From Nanobdellati archaeon (lineage in GTDB: Archaea > EX4484-52 > GLR71), in contig JAHYJR010000001.1 in assembly GCA_019429005.1 (NCBI GenBank), positions 104,663-168,662 on the forward strand: a stretch of DNA of 64,000 nucleotides, given 5' to 3'. This document shows, one piece after another, positions 18,181 through 27,478 of the stretch. Below the pieces are notes generated by a model that worked only from the letters and a program-made list of their open reading frames with translations, made no database searches and was not told where the DNA came from. Position 1 is the first letter of the stretch; each line of letters begins with the position of its first letter. A program made the translations under genes and the position numbers.

Positions 18181-19236
18181 CTAATCAACTTCTTTACCAC
18201 GTTTGTCAAGTGGTGTCAATTCCATATCAAAAGAATCTGAGGTTGGCATCTCAAGAACAACTGCTGCATTGAATCCACGTCTTGCCGCAAGTCGTGCATT
18301 ACCAATAGTTGTTTCAATCCGATTATTTTTGATATCAAACCAATCTTTTTTAAGTCCAAGTTTTTTAGTAATCATTTCTAAATCTCCAGTAATCACACCT
18401 TTTCTAATTAATCCTGTTTTTGTTACACTTTCAAATTGTTTGCATATCATTTTTGCACGTCTTTTAAGTCTTAACCAATACTGATAATCATATTTTGTTG
18501 ATGCACTACAGTAATGCACTTTAAGCGTTTTTATATTATCAAGACACCATTTAAGCACATATTCAGCCGCGTCTTCACTACCTTTTACTGCATAAAAATC
18601 ATTGTCTTTAAGTTCAAAACCTTTTTTTTCAAGATATTTAGAATTTGTATCTGAAAATTCAAGCTCATTTAAGTTTAAAAATGAAACACCTATTTTTTCA
18701 GCCTTTTTAATCATATCTGTAGTTGTTTTTTCATTTCCTGGTATGATAGGTATTTCAATACCTGTTTCAAGTCCAACATCTACTGCATTTTTAATTGCAG
18801 AAAAATCGCCTACATGATGAAATCTCAATTCATCAAGTCCTGCCAGTTTAAGGTCTTTAAGTACTTGTATATCAATTTGTTCTAGACCTGTATACATATG
18901 TATGTGGAATCTATTACCATACCTTTTTTTAAGTATAGTTATGTATTGTATGACTTTATATGCCTTTAAGAGTGGTTCTCCTCCAGTTATTCCAATACCT
19001 TTTGATTTACAGTAATCAATCTCTTCGAATATATCATCTGTTTTATCTATAGGTTTCTCGTTTATCCACATATTTTCAGTATTTTTACGTTGTTCTGAAA
19101 GTGGACAATAATAGCATGTTTTGTTGCAGATTCCTGTAACAAAAAGAACTGATTTTTTCCCATCTATACATAATATACAACCCTTTGGCATATTGTTTAT
19201 GTATTTTGAATTCGCTTTACTATCTTCAATTTTCAT
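18181..19236 (-). CDS. Radical SAM protein (conserved archaeal PFL-activase-related family)
   Basis: GCILC..G.KSVLFVTG.CNKTCYYCPLS, ITGGEPL, DELRFH and LNLNELEFS. Confidence 0.88.
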   Translation of the reverse strand: MKIEDSKANSKYINNMPKGCILCIDGKKSVLFVTGICNKTCYYCPLSEQRKNTENMWINEKPIDKTDDIFEEIDYCKSKGIGITGGEPLLKAYKVIQYITILKKRYGNRFHIHMYTGLEQIDIQVLKDLKLAGLDELRFHHVGDFSAIKNAVDVGLETGIEIPIIPGNEKTTTDMIKKAEKIGVSFLNLNELEFSDTNSKYLEKKGFELKDNDFYAVKGSEDAAEYVLKWCLDNIKTLKVHYCSASTKYDYQYWLRLKRRAKMICKQFESVTKTGLIRKGVITGDLEMITKKLGLKKDWFDIKNNRIETTIGNARLAARRGFNAAVVLEMPTSDSFDMELTPLDKRGKEVD

Positions 19237-19648
19237 GTAAATGACCTTTAAAATTCAACAATTGACGTATTTTTGTTCTGATACAGTGTTTAAATCATAT
19301 AGTTTTATATAAGTAATTATTCCTTTTATTAATTGGTATAAATGTCATTAATAAATAACATAACAAAAATATTTAATCTTAATATATTAGTCATAGTTAT
19401 CATTCATAGTCTCTACAAAACATCAGTATCATATAAAAGATGTTAACGTTGGGATGATTTTTTTTACGAGGACCGACATTCTTTTTTTAATTTAAATATA
19501 TTTTGATTCCTTTTTGAATCATTTTTACGTTTTTTGTAAATACGGAAACGTTTTTAAAAATTATTTAGGTGTTGTAAATTTTTATTTATTTTTACTCACC
19601 TAATCCAGGTCAATATTTAATAAAAATATAATTAATGGTGGTATTATT

Positions 19649-19804
19649 ATGAAAGTACAAGTGATTTGTTCAAAATGTAGTTCTCAAACAACATGGGTTT
19701 GGGGTAATCAGGTAGGTCGTTGTGAAAATTGTGACACTTTATTAAATATTAGTGAAGTTTGTTTATCAAAAGAAGCAACAGCAAAAATACTTCCAGCAGC
19801 ATGA
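19649..19804 (+). CDS. 51-aa zinc-ribbon microprotein
   Basis: MKVQVICSKCSSQTTWVWGNQVGRCENCDTLLNISEVCLSKEATAKILPAA has two CxxC pairs; SD-like GGTGG upstream. Confidence 0.7.
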   Translation: MKVQVICSKCSSQTTWVWGNQVGRCENCDTLLNISEVCLSKEATAKILPAA

Positions 19805-20063
19805 GTTTTCCGTAAAATCATTTGATTTATACGCGAATTCTCTTGTTTATTTTTGCCTCTATTTTGATAGGTCGTGTTATCTCAATTTAGGTCGTCATTA
19901 ATTAAATTAAGTATATGTTCTATATTTAGTACATATTGTATCTTATTGATATGATATTAGGATTATAGATATGATATTTAAAAAATTAACTTATAATTAT
20001 AAACATATATAATCTATTAGACAAATATACAATATTGTAATTAAAGTATGTATAACTTATTTT

Positions 20064-20720
20064 GTGTTATTTATGGATGTCTTAATTGGAACTGATGCAA
20101 AAAAACTTATATCAAAAGCCGGTTTGAAAGTTGCAAAGAGCTATCTTGCAAAAGATAATACTCAAGCCATATATTTTTCAAAAAAGATAGGTTATCCTGT
20201 TGTAATGAAAATATCATCAAAAGATATAATTCATAAAACCGAAGCAAAAGGTGTAAAAACAGATATAATGTCTGAAGATGACGCATCAAGAGCGTATGAT
20301 AATATTATTGATAACGCGTATGGTTTTAAGAAAGACGCAATTATTGATGGCGTTATGATTGAAGAGCAGGTATCTGGATATGAACTTATAATTGGCGCAA
20401 AACGAGATATGCAGTTTGGTCCTGTTGTCATGTTCGGTTTTGGTGGAATTTTTGTTGAAACTTTTAAAGATGTTACTTTTAGGGTTGTTCCTTTAGATAC
20501 AGATGATGCTTATGCTATGATGAAAGAGACTAAAGCATTCAAAATTCTAGAAGGTGTACGTGGTAAAAAGCCAGCAAACATAAAAGCGATTGCATATGTA
20601 TTAATGAAAGTTTCAAAACTTATGGAACAAAATGCAGATATTTTAGAATTAGATATAAATCCTTTAATCGTTGACGAAAATAAAGCGATTGTAGCAGATA
20701 TTCGTATTGTTAAACAATAA
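20064..20720 (+). CDS. acdB: Acetate--CoA ligase (ADP-forming) beta subunit, ATP-grasp
   Basis: GYPVVMKI.S..IIHKTE, FGPVVMFGFGGIFVE.FKD and ELDINPL. Confidence 0.92.
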   Translation: MLFMDVLIGTDAKKLISKAGLKVAKSYLAKDNTQAIYFSKKIGYPVVMKISSKDIIHKTEAKGVKTDIMSEDDASRAYDNIIDNAYGFKKDAIIDGVMIEEQVSGYELIIGAKRDMQFGPVVMFGFGGIFVETFKDVTFRVVPLDTDDAYAMMKETKAFKILEGVRGKKPANIKAIAYVLMKVSKLMEQNADILELDINPLIVDENKAIVADIRIVKQ

Positions 20721-20726
20721 TATTTA

Positions 20727-21248
20727 TTACGGTTTTTTAATTTTTTTAGTTGATATCATAAGGAATGATGGTATAAAATAAAACCACAATAAGAGATTCA
20801 TATCCACATTTAAATTGATAAATAAAATGTATATAAGTGGTATGCTTATACTATATGAAACGGGTAAGCCCTCATAATAATTGTTAGTTGTTCCTGTAAT
20901 TGCAAATCTTGCAAGTCGTAACATACCGGTCATAATAAAAATAACAAAAACACCTATTGCTAAATAATTATTAAGGCCTGCAGAAAAACCAAAAATGACT
21001 ATACTTATAAGGTAAAGCACAACATCACATAAATTATCAAATTCAACACCAAAACGACCTTCACGATTACGTTTTCTTGCAACACGACCATCTGCAAAAT
21101 CAAAAATTGTTGAAACTAATATAAATATTGTTGCTAAAATCAGTTTATTATTTAATGCTAAAAATATAGATAATATAGAAAATAAAAGCCCAAACATTGA
21201 ATAAATGTCTGGCAAGGCCATATAACTTCTAAGATCTTTATATATCAT
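20727..21248 (-). CDS. pssA: CDP-alcohol phosphatidyltransferase (archaetidylserine synthase-like)
   Basis: DFADGRVAR...FGVEFDNLCD, LRLARF and YYEGLP; translationally coupled to psd. Confidence 0.8.
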   Translation of the reverse strand: MIYKDLRSYMALPDIYSMFGLLFSILSIFLALNNKLILATIFILVSTIFDFADGRVARKRNREGRFGVEFDNLCDVVLYLISIVIFGFSAGLNNYLAIGVFVIFIMTGMLRLARFAITGTTNNYYEGLPVSYSISIPLIYILFINLNVDMNLLLWFYFIPSFLMISTKKIKKP

Positions 21249-21883
21249 TTTAATCTACCAATTACACTAGAACCTGCATATACTCTATCTCCTATTTTAA
21301 CCATAAGTTCGACTTTATCTTTAGGCAAAATCAAACTTACTTGTGAACCTAATCTAATAAGTCCTAATCTTTGACCAATATTAATTTTTTTACCAACTAC
21401 AGCCCAATTTTCGATTCTATTTACTATAATACCAGCGATTTGTATTATTTTAAATTTACCTATTTTTTTATTTTCAATAAGTGTTTCTGTTTTTTCGTTT
21501 AATATTCCGTTTATGAAAGATCCACTATAATCAAAATTACCAGGCACATGTTTAACATTTAATACTTTACCCTCTAATGCAGATCTTTGTATATGCACTA
21601 CAAATGGCGACATAAAAATTGAAACAATATAGCATGATGTTCCAACGTCAGAGCATAATGTTTGTATTTTTCCAACTAGGCCTTTTTTAATATTTATTTT
21701 ATCTATTTTGTCAAGGTCTAGAATCTCAAGAACTTTACCATCTGCAGGGGCAACAATAACATTTCCTGTAGGTATATCCCTTTCAGGATCCCTTAAAAAC
21801 CATTTCATAAATATTGAGAAACCGACACCTAATATGACAATCAGTTCAATAATCAGTATAAGGATGTTTGTCAAATATGTCAA
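21245..21883 (-). CDS. psd: Phosphatidylserine/archaetidylserine decarboxylase proenzyme
   Basis: FLRDPER, APADGKV, SIFMSPFVVH, QIAG and GLIRLGSQV (GS self-cleavage site). Confidence 0.9.
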   Translation of the reverse strand: MTYLTNILILIIELIVILGVGFSIFMKWFLRDPERDIPTGNVIVAPADGKVLEILDLDKIDKINIKKGLVGKIQTLCSDVGTSCYIVSIFMSPFVVHIQRSALEGKVLNVKHVPGNFDYSGSFINGILNEKTETLIENKKIGKFKIIQIAGIIVNRIENWAVVGKKINIGQRLGLIRLGSQVSLILPKDKVELMVKIGDRVYAGSSVIGRLK

Positions 21884-22228
21884 CTCCGCAATGTTATAAT
21901 TTTTTATATTTAGAATCTTTTTTTGTTTTTAAATTTGTATATGTTATTTATCATTTTATTTTTATTTAAATCTATACCTTTTTTTAATTATTAAATCGGA
22001 TATTAATATATACATTTCTTCTTTTATATGGTTTTAATAATTGTCTTTTAAGTATCATTTAATCTGATTTTTTATTAAGCTTATACTGATTTTACAATTC
22101 TGTTGGACTTATTATTTCTAGATCTTAACTAACGCCTTTAACAAAAACATTATAACTATTGGCAATTTTAAAGATTTCACGAACAAAGTATCATTCATAA
22201 ATATATATCTTCAAAACCAATTTATGTT

Positions 22229-22429
22229 ATGTCAGAAATACCAACCGCACCCATGGAACGACTTTTACGTAATGCGGGGGCAAAACGAGTTTCAAATGAT
22301 GCTGCAAAACATTTTGCACAGGTTCTTGAAGATATCTGTTTAGATATTGCCAAAGAAGCAGTTAAACTTTCAAAACATGCCGGAAGAAAAACAGTTAAAG
22401 CCAAAGACATAAAGCTTGCAAAACGTTAA
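22229..22429 (+). CDS. Archaeal histone (HMf-type)
   Basis: [19 protein letters not shown]...[15 protein letters not shown]. Confidence 0.95.
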   Translation: MSEIPTAPMERLLRNAGAKRVSNDAAKHFAQVLEDICLDIAKEAVKLSKHAGRKTVKAKDIKLAKR

Positions 22430-22467
22430 TTGCAACATTTTTTATATTTAATTATAAAATAAATATC

Positions 22468-22668
22468 ATGTTTGTTTTTATTCTAAATGACAATAAGAAA
22501 ATAAAAGTTGAACTTAATGCGGATTCAACAATACTAAAAGCTCTTGAATCCTTAGGTATAAGTCCATCTACCGTAATCACAAAAATTGATAACACCATTG
22601 TTCCTCTTGAGACAATTTTATCTGGTGACGAAACAATAAAGGTATTTAGAATAATATCAGGCGGTTAA
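22468..22668 (+). CDS. Ubiquitin-like sulfur carrier (SAMP/ThiS/MoaD family)
   Basis: 66 aa, beta-grasp size, ending IISGG. Confidence 0.85.
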   Translation: MFVFILNDNKKIKVELNADSTILKALESLGISPSTVITKIDNTIVPLETILSGDETIKVFRIISGG

Positions 22669-23053
22669 TTTTTATTTAAACGTGTTTTGAATTATTTATT
22701 TTTTTACGTTTTATGTTTAATATTCCAATGACTGTAAATGCCAAAATGATGAGATTTAACAGATTACTAAATCGACCGACTATGGTTATAAAAAAGAGAA
22801 TTACTATAATTATAATTCCAGCCATATAGAGATATAATTGATTTTGCTTCATGTTATATAACCTAAATCAGTATAACCCAATTTTGTTTTATATATTTTT
22901 ATCTTTATCTAAAAAGTTTTTTAATCTGTTTTTAACATAATCAAAATATACATTTAATCCTTGAAATTATGTTATTACCCGTATTTTAAATTTATTTCAA
23001 TAGGTATTTATTAACTTTTCTGTATAATTAATACATAATTAAATATTTTTGGT

Positions 23054-23551
23054 GTGTTTATGTTAAAAGAAAGAGAAAAAAAAGTATTTTTTGAACTTCT
23101 TAAAGATGGCAGGGTACACGATAAAGCTATGTCAAAAAAATTAGGCATAACACAACCAACCATAACGCGTATAAGACAACGTCTAGAAAAAAAAGGTTAT
23201 ATAAAAGGATATTGTGCAGTACCTGCATTTGAAAAGATTGGTATCACTCTTATGGCTATAACTCTTTTTACATGGAAAGGTACTATTGAGAACTATATTA
23301 AAGCTTCTAAGCTTGTAAAATCAACACCACAAATCATATCTGTAAGCAGTGGCGAGGGTCTTAGGGGTAAAAATGGTATGATTATTTCAGCACACCTAGA
23401 TTTCAAATCATATGAATCTTTTATAAGAAGTCTTAAAGAAAAATGTGGAAATGACGTAATAAATATTGAACAGTTTTTCTTTTCCGTAGATAATCAGTTT
23501 GTAGGTTTCAATTTTGCAAGTTCAATTATAACTGCATTATCTAAAAGTTAA
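23054..23551 (+). CDS. Lrp/AsnC family transcriptional regulator
   Basis: N-terminal HTH LLKDGR...KLGITQPTITRIRQRLEKKGYIKGY. Confidence 0.85.
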   Translation: MFMLKEREKKVFFELLKDGRVHDKAMSKKLGITQPTITRIRQRLEKKGYIKGYCAVPAFEKIGITLMAITLFTWKGTIENYIKASKLVKSTPQIISVSSGEGLRGKNGMIISAHLDFKSYESFIRSLKEKCGNDVINIEQFFFSVDNQFVGFNFASSIITALSKS

Positions 23552-23556
23552 AAGAA

Positions 23557-24912
23557 TTAGTTTAAAGTCCTGTTTACTAGAATCTTTACAGCATCCATAA
23601 GTCTTGTTGGTGTAGTGTATACAGGTATATTTTCGTTTTTAATAGTTGTTGATAACCCTTTTGTATATTTACTTCCAGAGGCTCCAACAATTATAGGTTT
23701 TTTTGTTTTTTTACTTACTTCAGAAATAATATCAGTTATACTAAAATCTAATGTTGTTCCAAGTGTCCAAAGATATATTGCAACAATATCTACATTTTTA
23801 TCATTAGTAACAGCATCAATTGTTGTTTTAAATCGTCTTATGTCTGCATCACCAATCAAATCAACCGGATTATGGATTGTTGCATACTCAGGCATAACAT
23901 TTTTGATGCAATTTATCGTTGCTTTATCAAATTCTGCAATTTCAAGATCATTAGCTAATGCTGCATCTGTACACATAACTCCGAAACCACCACCATTTGT
24001 AACAATCCCAATACGTTTGCCTTTAGGTTTTTTGTTTTCAGAAAGTATATTCACATAATCAAACATATCTTCCATGTCTTTAGATTCAATTGCACCACCC
24101 TGTTTTAAGACGGATTTAAAGATTTCATAACTTCCCGCAAGGCTACCTGTGTGTGATGCTGCTGCTTTTGCACCCATATCACTTTTTCCTGCTTTAAGTA
24201 TAATTATAGGTTTATTTTTTGATATATTTTTGAGTGCATCCAGAAATTTTCTTCCATCTTTAACACCCTCAATATATGCAAGAATAATTTTGGTTTCTTT
24301 ATCCTTTGCAAAATAATTAATAATATCAGATTCATCAAGATCAATTCGGTTACCATAACTGATAAATTTACTAACTCCTAAGTTTTTATTTCCAGCAATA
24401 TCTATAAGTGTCGTTCCAACAGCACCACTTTGAGACAATATTGATATGAATCCATTTTTAGGTTTTTTCATTTTATATGCTGGTGTAAACAATGTATTTA
24501 CGCCATGAGCTGTATCCATCACACCAATACAGTTAGGGCCTATAATCCGCGTTTTTGAATTTTTAATTATTAGTTTCAGTTGATTTTCTAGTATGACACC
24601 ATTAGAATTAGTTTCCCTATAACCTGCAGTTATCATAACAACCGAAGGTATCTTTTTATCAACACAATCCTTTACTGCTTTGTTTGCGATTACTGCTGGA
24701 ACAACAATAATTGCAAGGTCAATTTTACCTTTTACATCCTTTACAGAGGCATATGCTTTAAGTCCCATAAGCATATCTTGTTTAGGGTTAATTGGATATA
24801 TTTTTCCTTTAAAACCATTTATGAAATTTGTAAGTATTGCATTACCTAACTTTTTTTTGTCTTCAGAAGCACCAATGATTGCAACACTTTCGGGCTTAAA
24901 AAAAGAATCCAT
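23557..24912 (-). CDS. acdA: Acetate--CoA ligase (ADP-forming) alpha subunit
   Basis: PESVAIIGAS, RIIGPNC, SQSGA, AAASHTGSLAG and NPVDLIGDA. Confidence 0.93.
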   Translation of the reverse strand: MDSFFKPESVAIIGASEDKKKLGNAILTNFINGFKGKIYPINPKQDMLMGLKAYASVKDVKGKIDLAIIVVPAVIANKAVKDCVDKKIPSVVMITAGYRETNSNGVILENQLKLIIKNSKTRIIGPNCIGVMDTAHGVNTLFTPAYKMKKPKNGFISILSQSGAVGTTLIDIAGNKNLGVSKFISYGNRIDLDESDIINYFAKDKETKIILAYIEGVKDGRKFLDALKNISKNKPIIILKAGKSDMGAKAAASHTGSLAGSYEIFKSVLKQGGAIESKDMEDMFDYVNILSENKKPKGKRIGIVTNGGGFGVMCTDAALANDLEIAEFDKATINCIKNVMPEYATIHNPVDLIGDADIRRFKTTIDAVTNDKNVDIVAIYLWTLGTTLDFSITDIISEVSKKTKKPIIVGASGSKYTKGLSTTIKNENIPVYTTPTRLMDAVKILVNRTLN

Positions 24913-24954
24913 ATTATAAACACCATTAGAACAAATGTTTTATTTGTATATAGA

Positions 24955-25746
24955 TTATTGGTCATCATCTATATTTATATTTTGGTTTTCTGTATCTTCT
25001 TTTTCAACACATGCTGTAAGTTTACCTCTGTTCCAGTCAATTAATATTGCCTTTTCAGCACGTTTTAAGTCTAGTTCTCCTCCTTTAAGAACAAAACCTC
25101 TTCTTTTTGCAATAGATTTTATAATCTCATCATAATTCATAGTCTCGACATTATAGAGCTCTTTTAGATTGTTTACTTTTGTTTTCATAATAATATCTAA
25201 AAGCTCTCTGGAATATATACTAATATTTTTTGTTTTTTCTTGATTGATATTACCTTTTATTGCAGATATTTTACCAGAAGGTAATACACCCGGTGTATCC
25301 CATAGAAGTATATTTTCATTCATTTTAACCCATTGCCCATATTTTGTGTATCCTGGTGTCGGTGCAACTTTGGCAGATTTTTTACCCCTAAGCGCATTGA
25401 TTATACTACTTTTTCCGGTATTTGTGTATCCAATAACAGCAACTCGAACTTTTTCTCCTTTTGACACTTCTCTTAAAACATTTTTAAGTCTTACAACGCC
25501 ATGTCTATCTTTTGATGATATAAATATGCAAGGATACTCTTCTGATATGATTGCTTTTGTCTTTTCAGTAAATTCTTTTGGAACTAAATCTGCTTTATTA
25601 AGTACAACTACTAGATTATTACCTATGCTTTTGACTGCTCTTTCAAGTCTTTCGGATCTAGATTCATACGGAACTCTAGCATCAACAACTTCAATAACAA
25701 AATCGGTTTCTCTTACAATACCGAAAACATAATTCCAAAGTCCCAT
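24955..25746 (-). CDS. Circularly permuted GTPase (RbgA/YlqF family)
   Basis: Motif order VDAR, NKAD, GYTNTGKSS, DTPG. Confidence 0.92.
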   Translation of the reverse strand: MGLWNYVFGIVRETDFVIEVVDARVPYESRSERLERAVKSIGNNLVVVLNKADLVPKEFTEKTKAIISEEYPCIFISSKDRHGVVRLKNVLREVSKGEKVRVAVIGYTNTGKSSIINALRGKKSAKVAPTPGYTKYGQWVKMNENILLWDTPGVLPSGKISAIKGNINQEKTKNISIYSRELLDIIMKTKVNNLKELYNVETMNYDEIIKSIAKRRGFVLKGGELDLKRAEKAILIDWNRGKLTACVEKEDTENQNINIDDDQ

Positions 25747-25782
25747 TATTCTATTTAGACTAATTCCTTTAAAAAAGGTATG

Positions 25783-25920
25783 TTTTAATATATTTTTTAA
25801 TATATTTTTTAATATATTTTTTAATATATTTTTTAATATATTTTTTAATATATTTTTTAATATATTTTTTAATATATTTTTTAATATATTTTTTAATATA
25901 TTTTTTAATATATTTTTTAA
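25783..25920. repeat. 12-bp perfect tandem repeat, about 11 copies
   Basis: Unit AATATATTTTTT, in a divergent intergenic region. Confidence 0.95.
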
Positions 25921-26009
25921 ATCGGTTTATTTTTTTTAATCATACAATAAGGTTTTATTAAATCATCTACCTAATTAATTATACTTCTGATATTCATTTT
26001 CAGTAGTTT

Positions 26010-26957
26010 TTGTTATTTGGTGGTTTTATGATAATTTCTATTGGGAATCCCTCAATGGATAATGTGTCTCTTTTAGGTGATAGGAAACTTCAGGCAGGTG
26101 GTGCATCAATTTATTCTGCTCTTGCAGCATCTGTATTATCTAAAGTTGCAATTGTTGGGAAAATCGGACATGATTATCCACAAAATTTTTTAGTCTTATT
26201 AGAAAAGAAAGGTCTTGATATTTCACACCTTAAAACAATAAAGTGCCCATCAAAAAGTTTTGATATGATAATTGATGAAAATCTTGAAGCAACGTATCCC
26301 AAATATGAAGTAAGTATTGATTCCAAATTGAATTTTAAAGATATTCCAAAAAGTTATTTTAAAAGCCAAAATTCATTTATTATAACACAGATGTCTCCTC
26401 GCAAACAATTAAATTTTATTGAAAATATTAAGAAAAATTCACCCAAATCTCTTATTCTTGTAAATACCCATTATCCCTTTATTGAGAAATCTAAAGGTTA
26501 TTTTCCAAAGCTAATAGATTCTTGCGATATTTTTGTTATGAATGAACGTGAAGCGCAACTTTTAACAGGTGTACCACGTACAGATGTTGCAACACATATG
26601 CTTTCAAGACAATATAAAAACACACTTATTATTGTAACTTTAGGCGTGCTCGGTTCTTTTATTATAAAAAACACACAAATTCAGTTTGCACCATCAATCT
26701 ATAATGCAAATGTGAAAGATCCCACCGGGTCAGGTGATTCATTTTCAGGTGCATTTCTTGCAAGTTACACATCTGTCATGGACCCTGTGCGTTCAGCAAT
26801 TGTTGGCAATGCTATAGCATCACTTAATTCTGAGAAACGGGGGTTTGAGGCTCTTGTTAATCTAAAGTTTAAAAATATAAATTCCCTTTGGGATTTTATG
26901 CTTTTAAGATCAAAGAATATGAATAATACTCAAAAAGTTATTTTTGATTTTGTTTAA
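26010..26957 (+). CDS. PfkB-family carbohydrate/nucleoside kinase
   Basis: GGASIY..., NERE, VTLG and DPTGSGDSF. Confidence 0.9.
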   Translation: MLFGGFMIISIGNPSMDNVSLLGDRKLQAGGASIYSALAASVLSKVAIVGKIGHDYPQNFLVLLEKKGLDISHLKTIKCPSKSFDMIIDENLEATYPKYEVSIDSKLNFKDIPKSYFKSQNSFIITQMSPRKQLNFIENIKKNSPKSLILVNTHYPFIEKSKGYFPKLIDSCDIFVMNEREAQLLTGVPRTDVATHMLSRQYKNTLIIVTLGVLGSFIIKNTQIQFAPSIYNANVKDPTGSGDSFSGAFLASYTSVMDPVRSAIVGNAIASLNSEKRGFEALVNLKFKNINSLWDFMLLRSKNMNNTQKVIFDFV

Positions 26958-26969
26958 GTTTTTTTGTTT

Positions 26970-27428
26970 TCAAATCAAAATAATTATTGATAATATTGTA
27001 ATATTCATCAATATTTCTGTAGTGCTTAAGGGATATACGAAATGTGCAAATTTGATATATTTTTTATGTATGTATCTAATTTTTTCATGATCTAGTAATA
27101 GATGCGACATGGTTGCTGCAAGTATAAGTGGTGCATAGTGTGGGGCTATGAAATATGTTATGCCTGATATAACAAAAAAGAATACAATACCATTCCATTC
27201 ATGTATCCAGCTCCTCTCTTCCTCAATTCCACTAATAGCATTATGGAATGTTTTCAAGAAATCTAGATTTTTGTATCTTTGGTAATATACAACTACATGA
27301 TCTAAATCAACACAAGCCGCAATAATCCCACCTAGTATAAGGTCATATATTGTTGGCACAAATCCGAAATAGCTTATTATCTTTATAGCAAGAATTCCTG
27401 CAAGAAAATGTGTTGTTGGCATTGGCAT
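26970..27428 (-). CDS. Membrane-bound metal-dependent hydrolase (YdjM-like)
   Basis: PTTH, VDLDH, RSWIH and SHLLLD. Confidence 0.75.
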   Translation of the reverse strand: MPMPTTHFLAGILAIKIISYFGFVPTIYDLILGGIIAACVDLDHVVVYYQRYKNLDFLKTFHNAISGIEEERSWIHEWNGIVFFFVISGITYFIAPHYAPLILAATMSHLLLDHEKIRYIHKKYIKFAHFVYPLSTTEILMNITILSIIILI

Positions 27429-27478
27429 AAGAAAGATTTGTGGTGTGATAGTATTTATTCTTTATGATTGTAGTTAAC

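Noticed and set aside
19380-19495. Possible sRNA (UGA-rich motifs and an imperfect AAAAGATGT/ACATTCTTTT stem)
   Set aside because: Box order and guide lengths do not fit C/D or H/ACA on either strand.
20064-24912. acdA and acdB separated by unrelated genes as a novel system
   Set aside because: Unlinked alpha and beta ACD genes are common in archaea.
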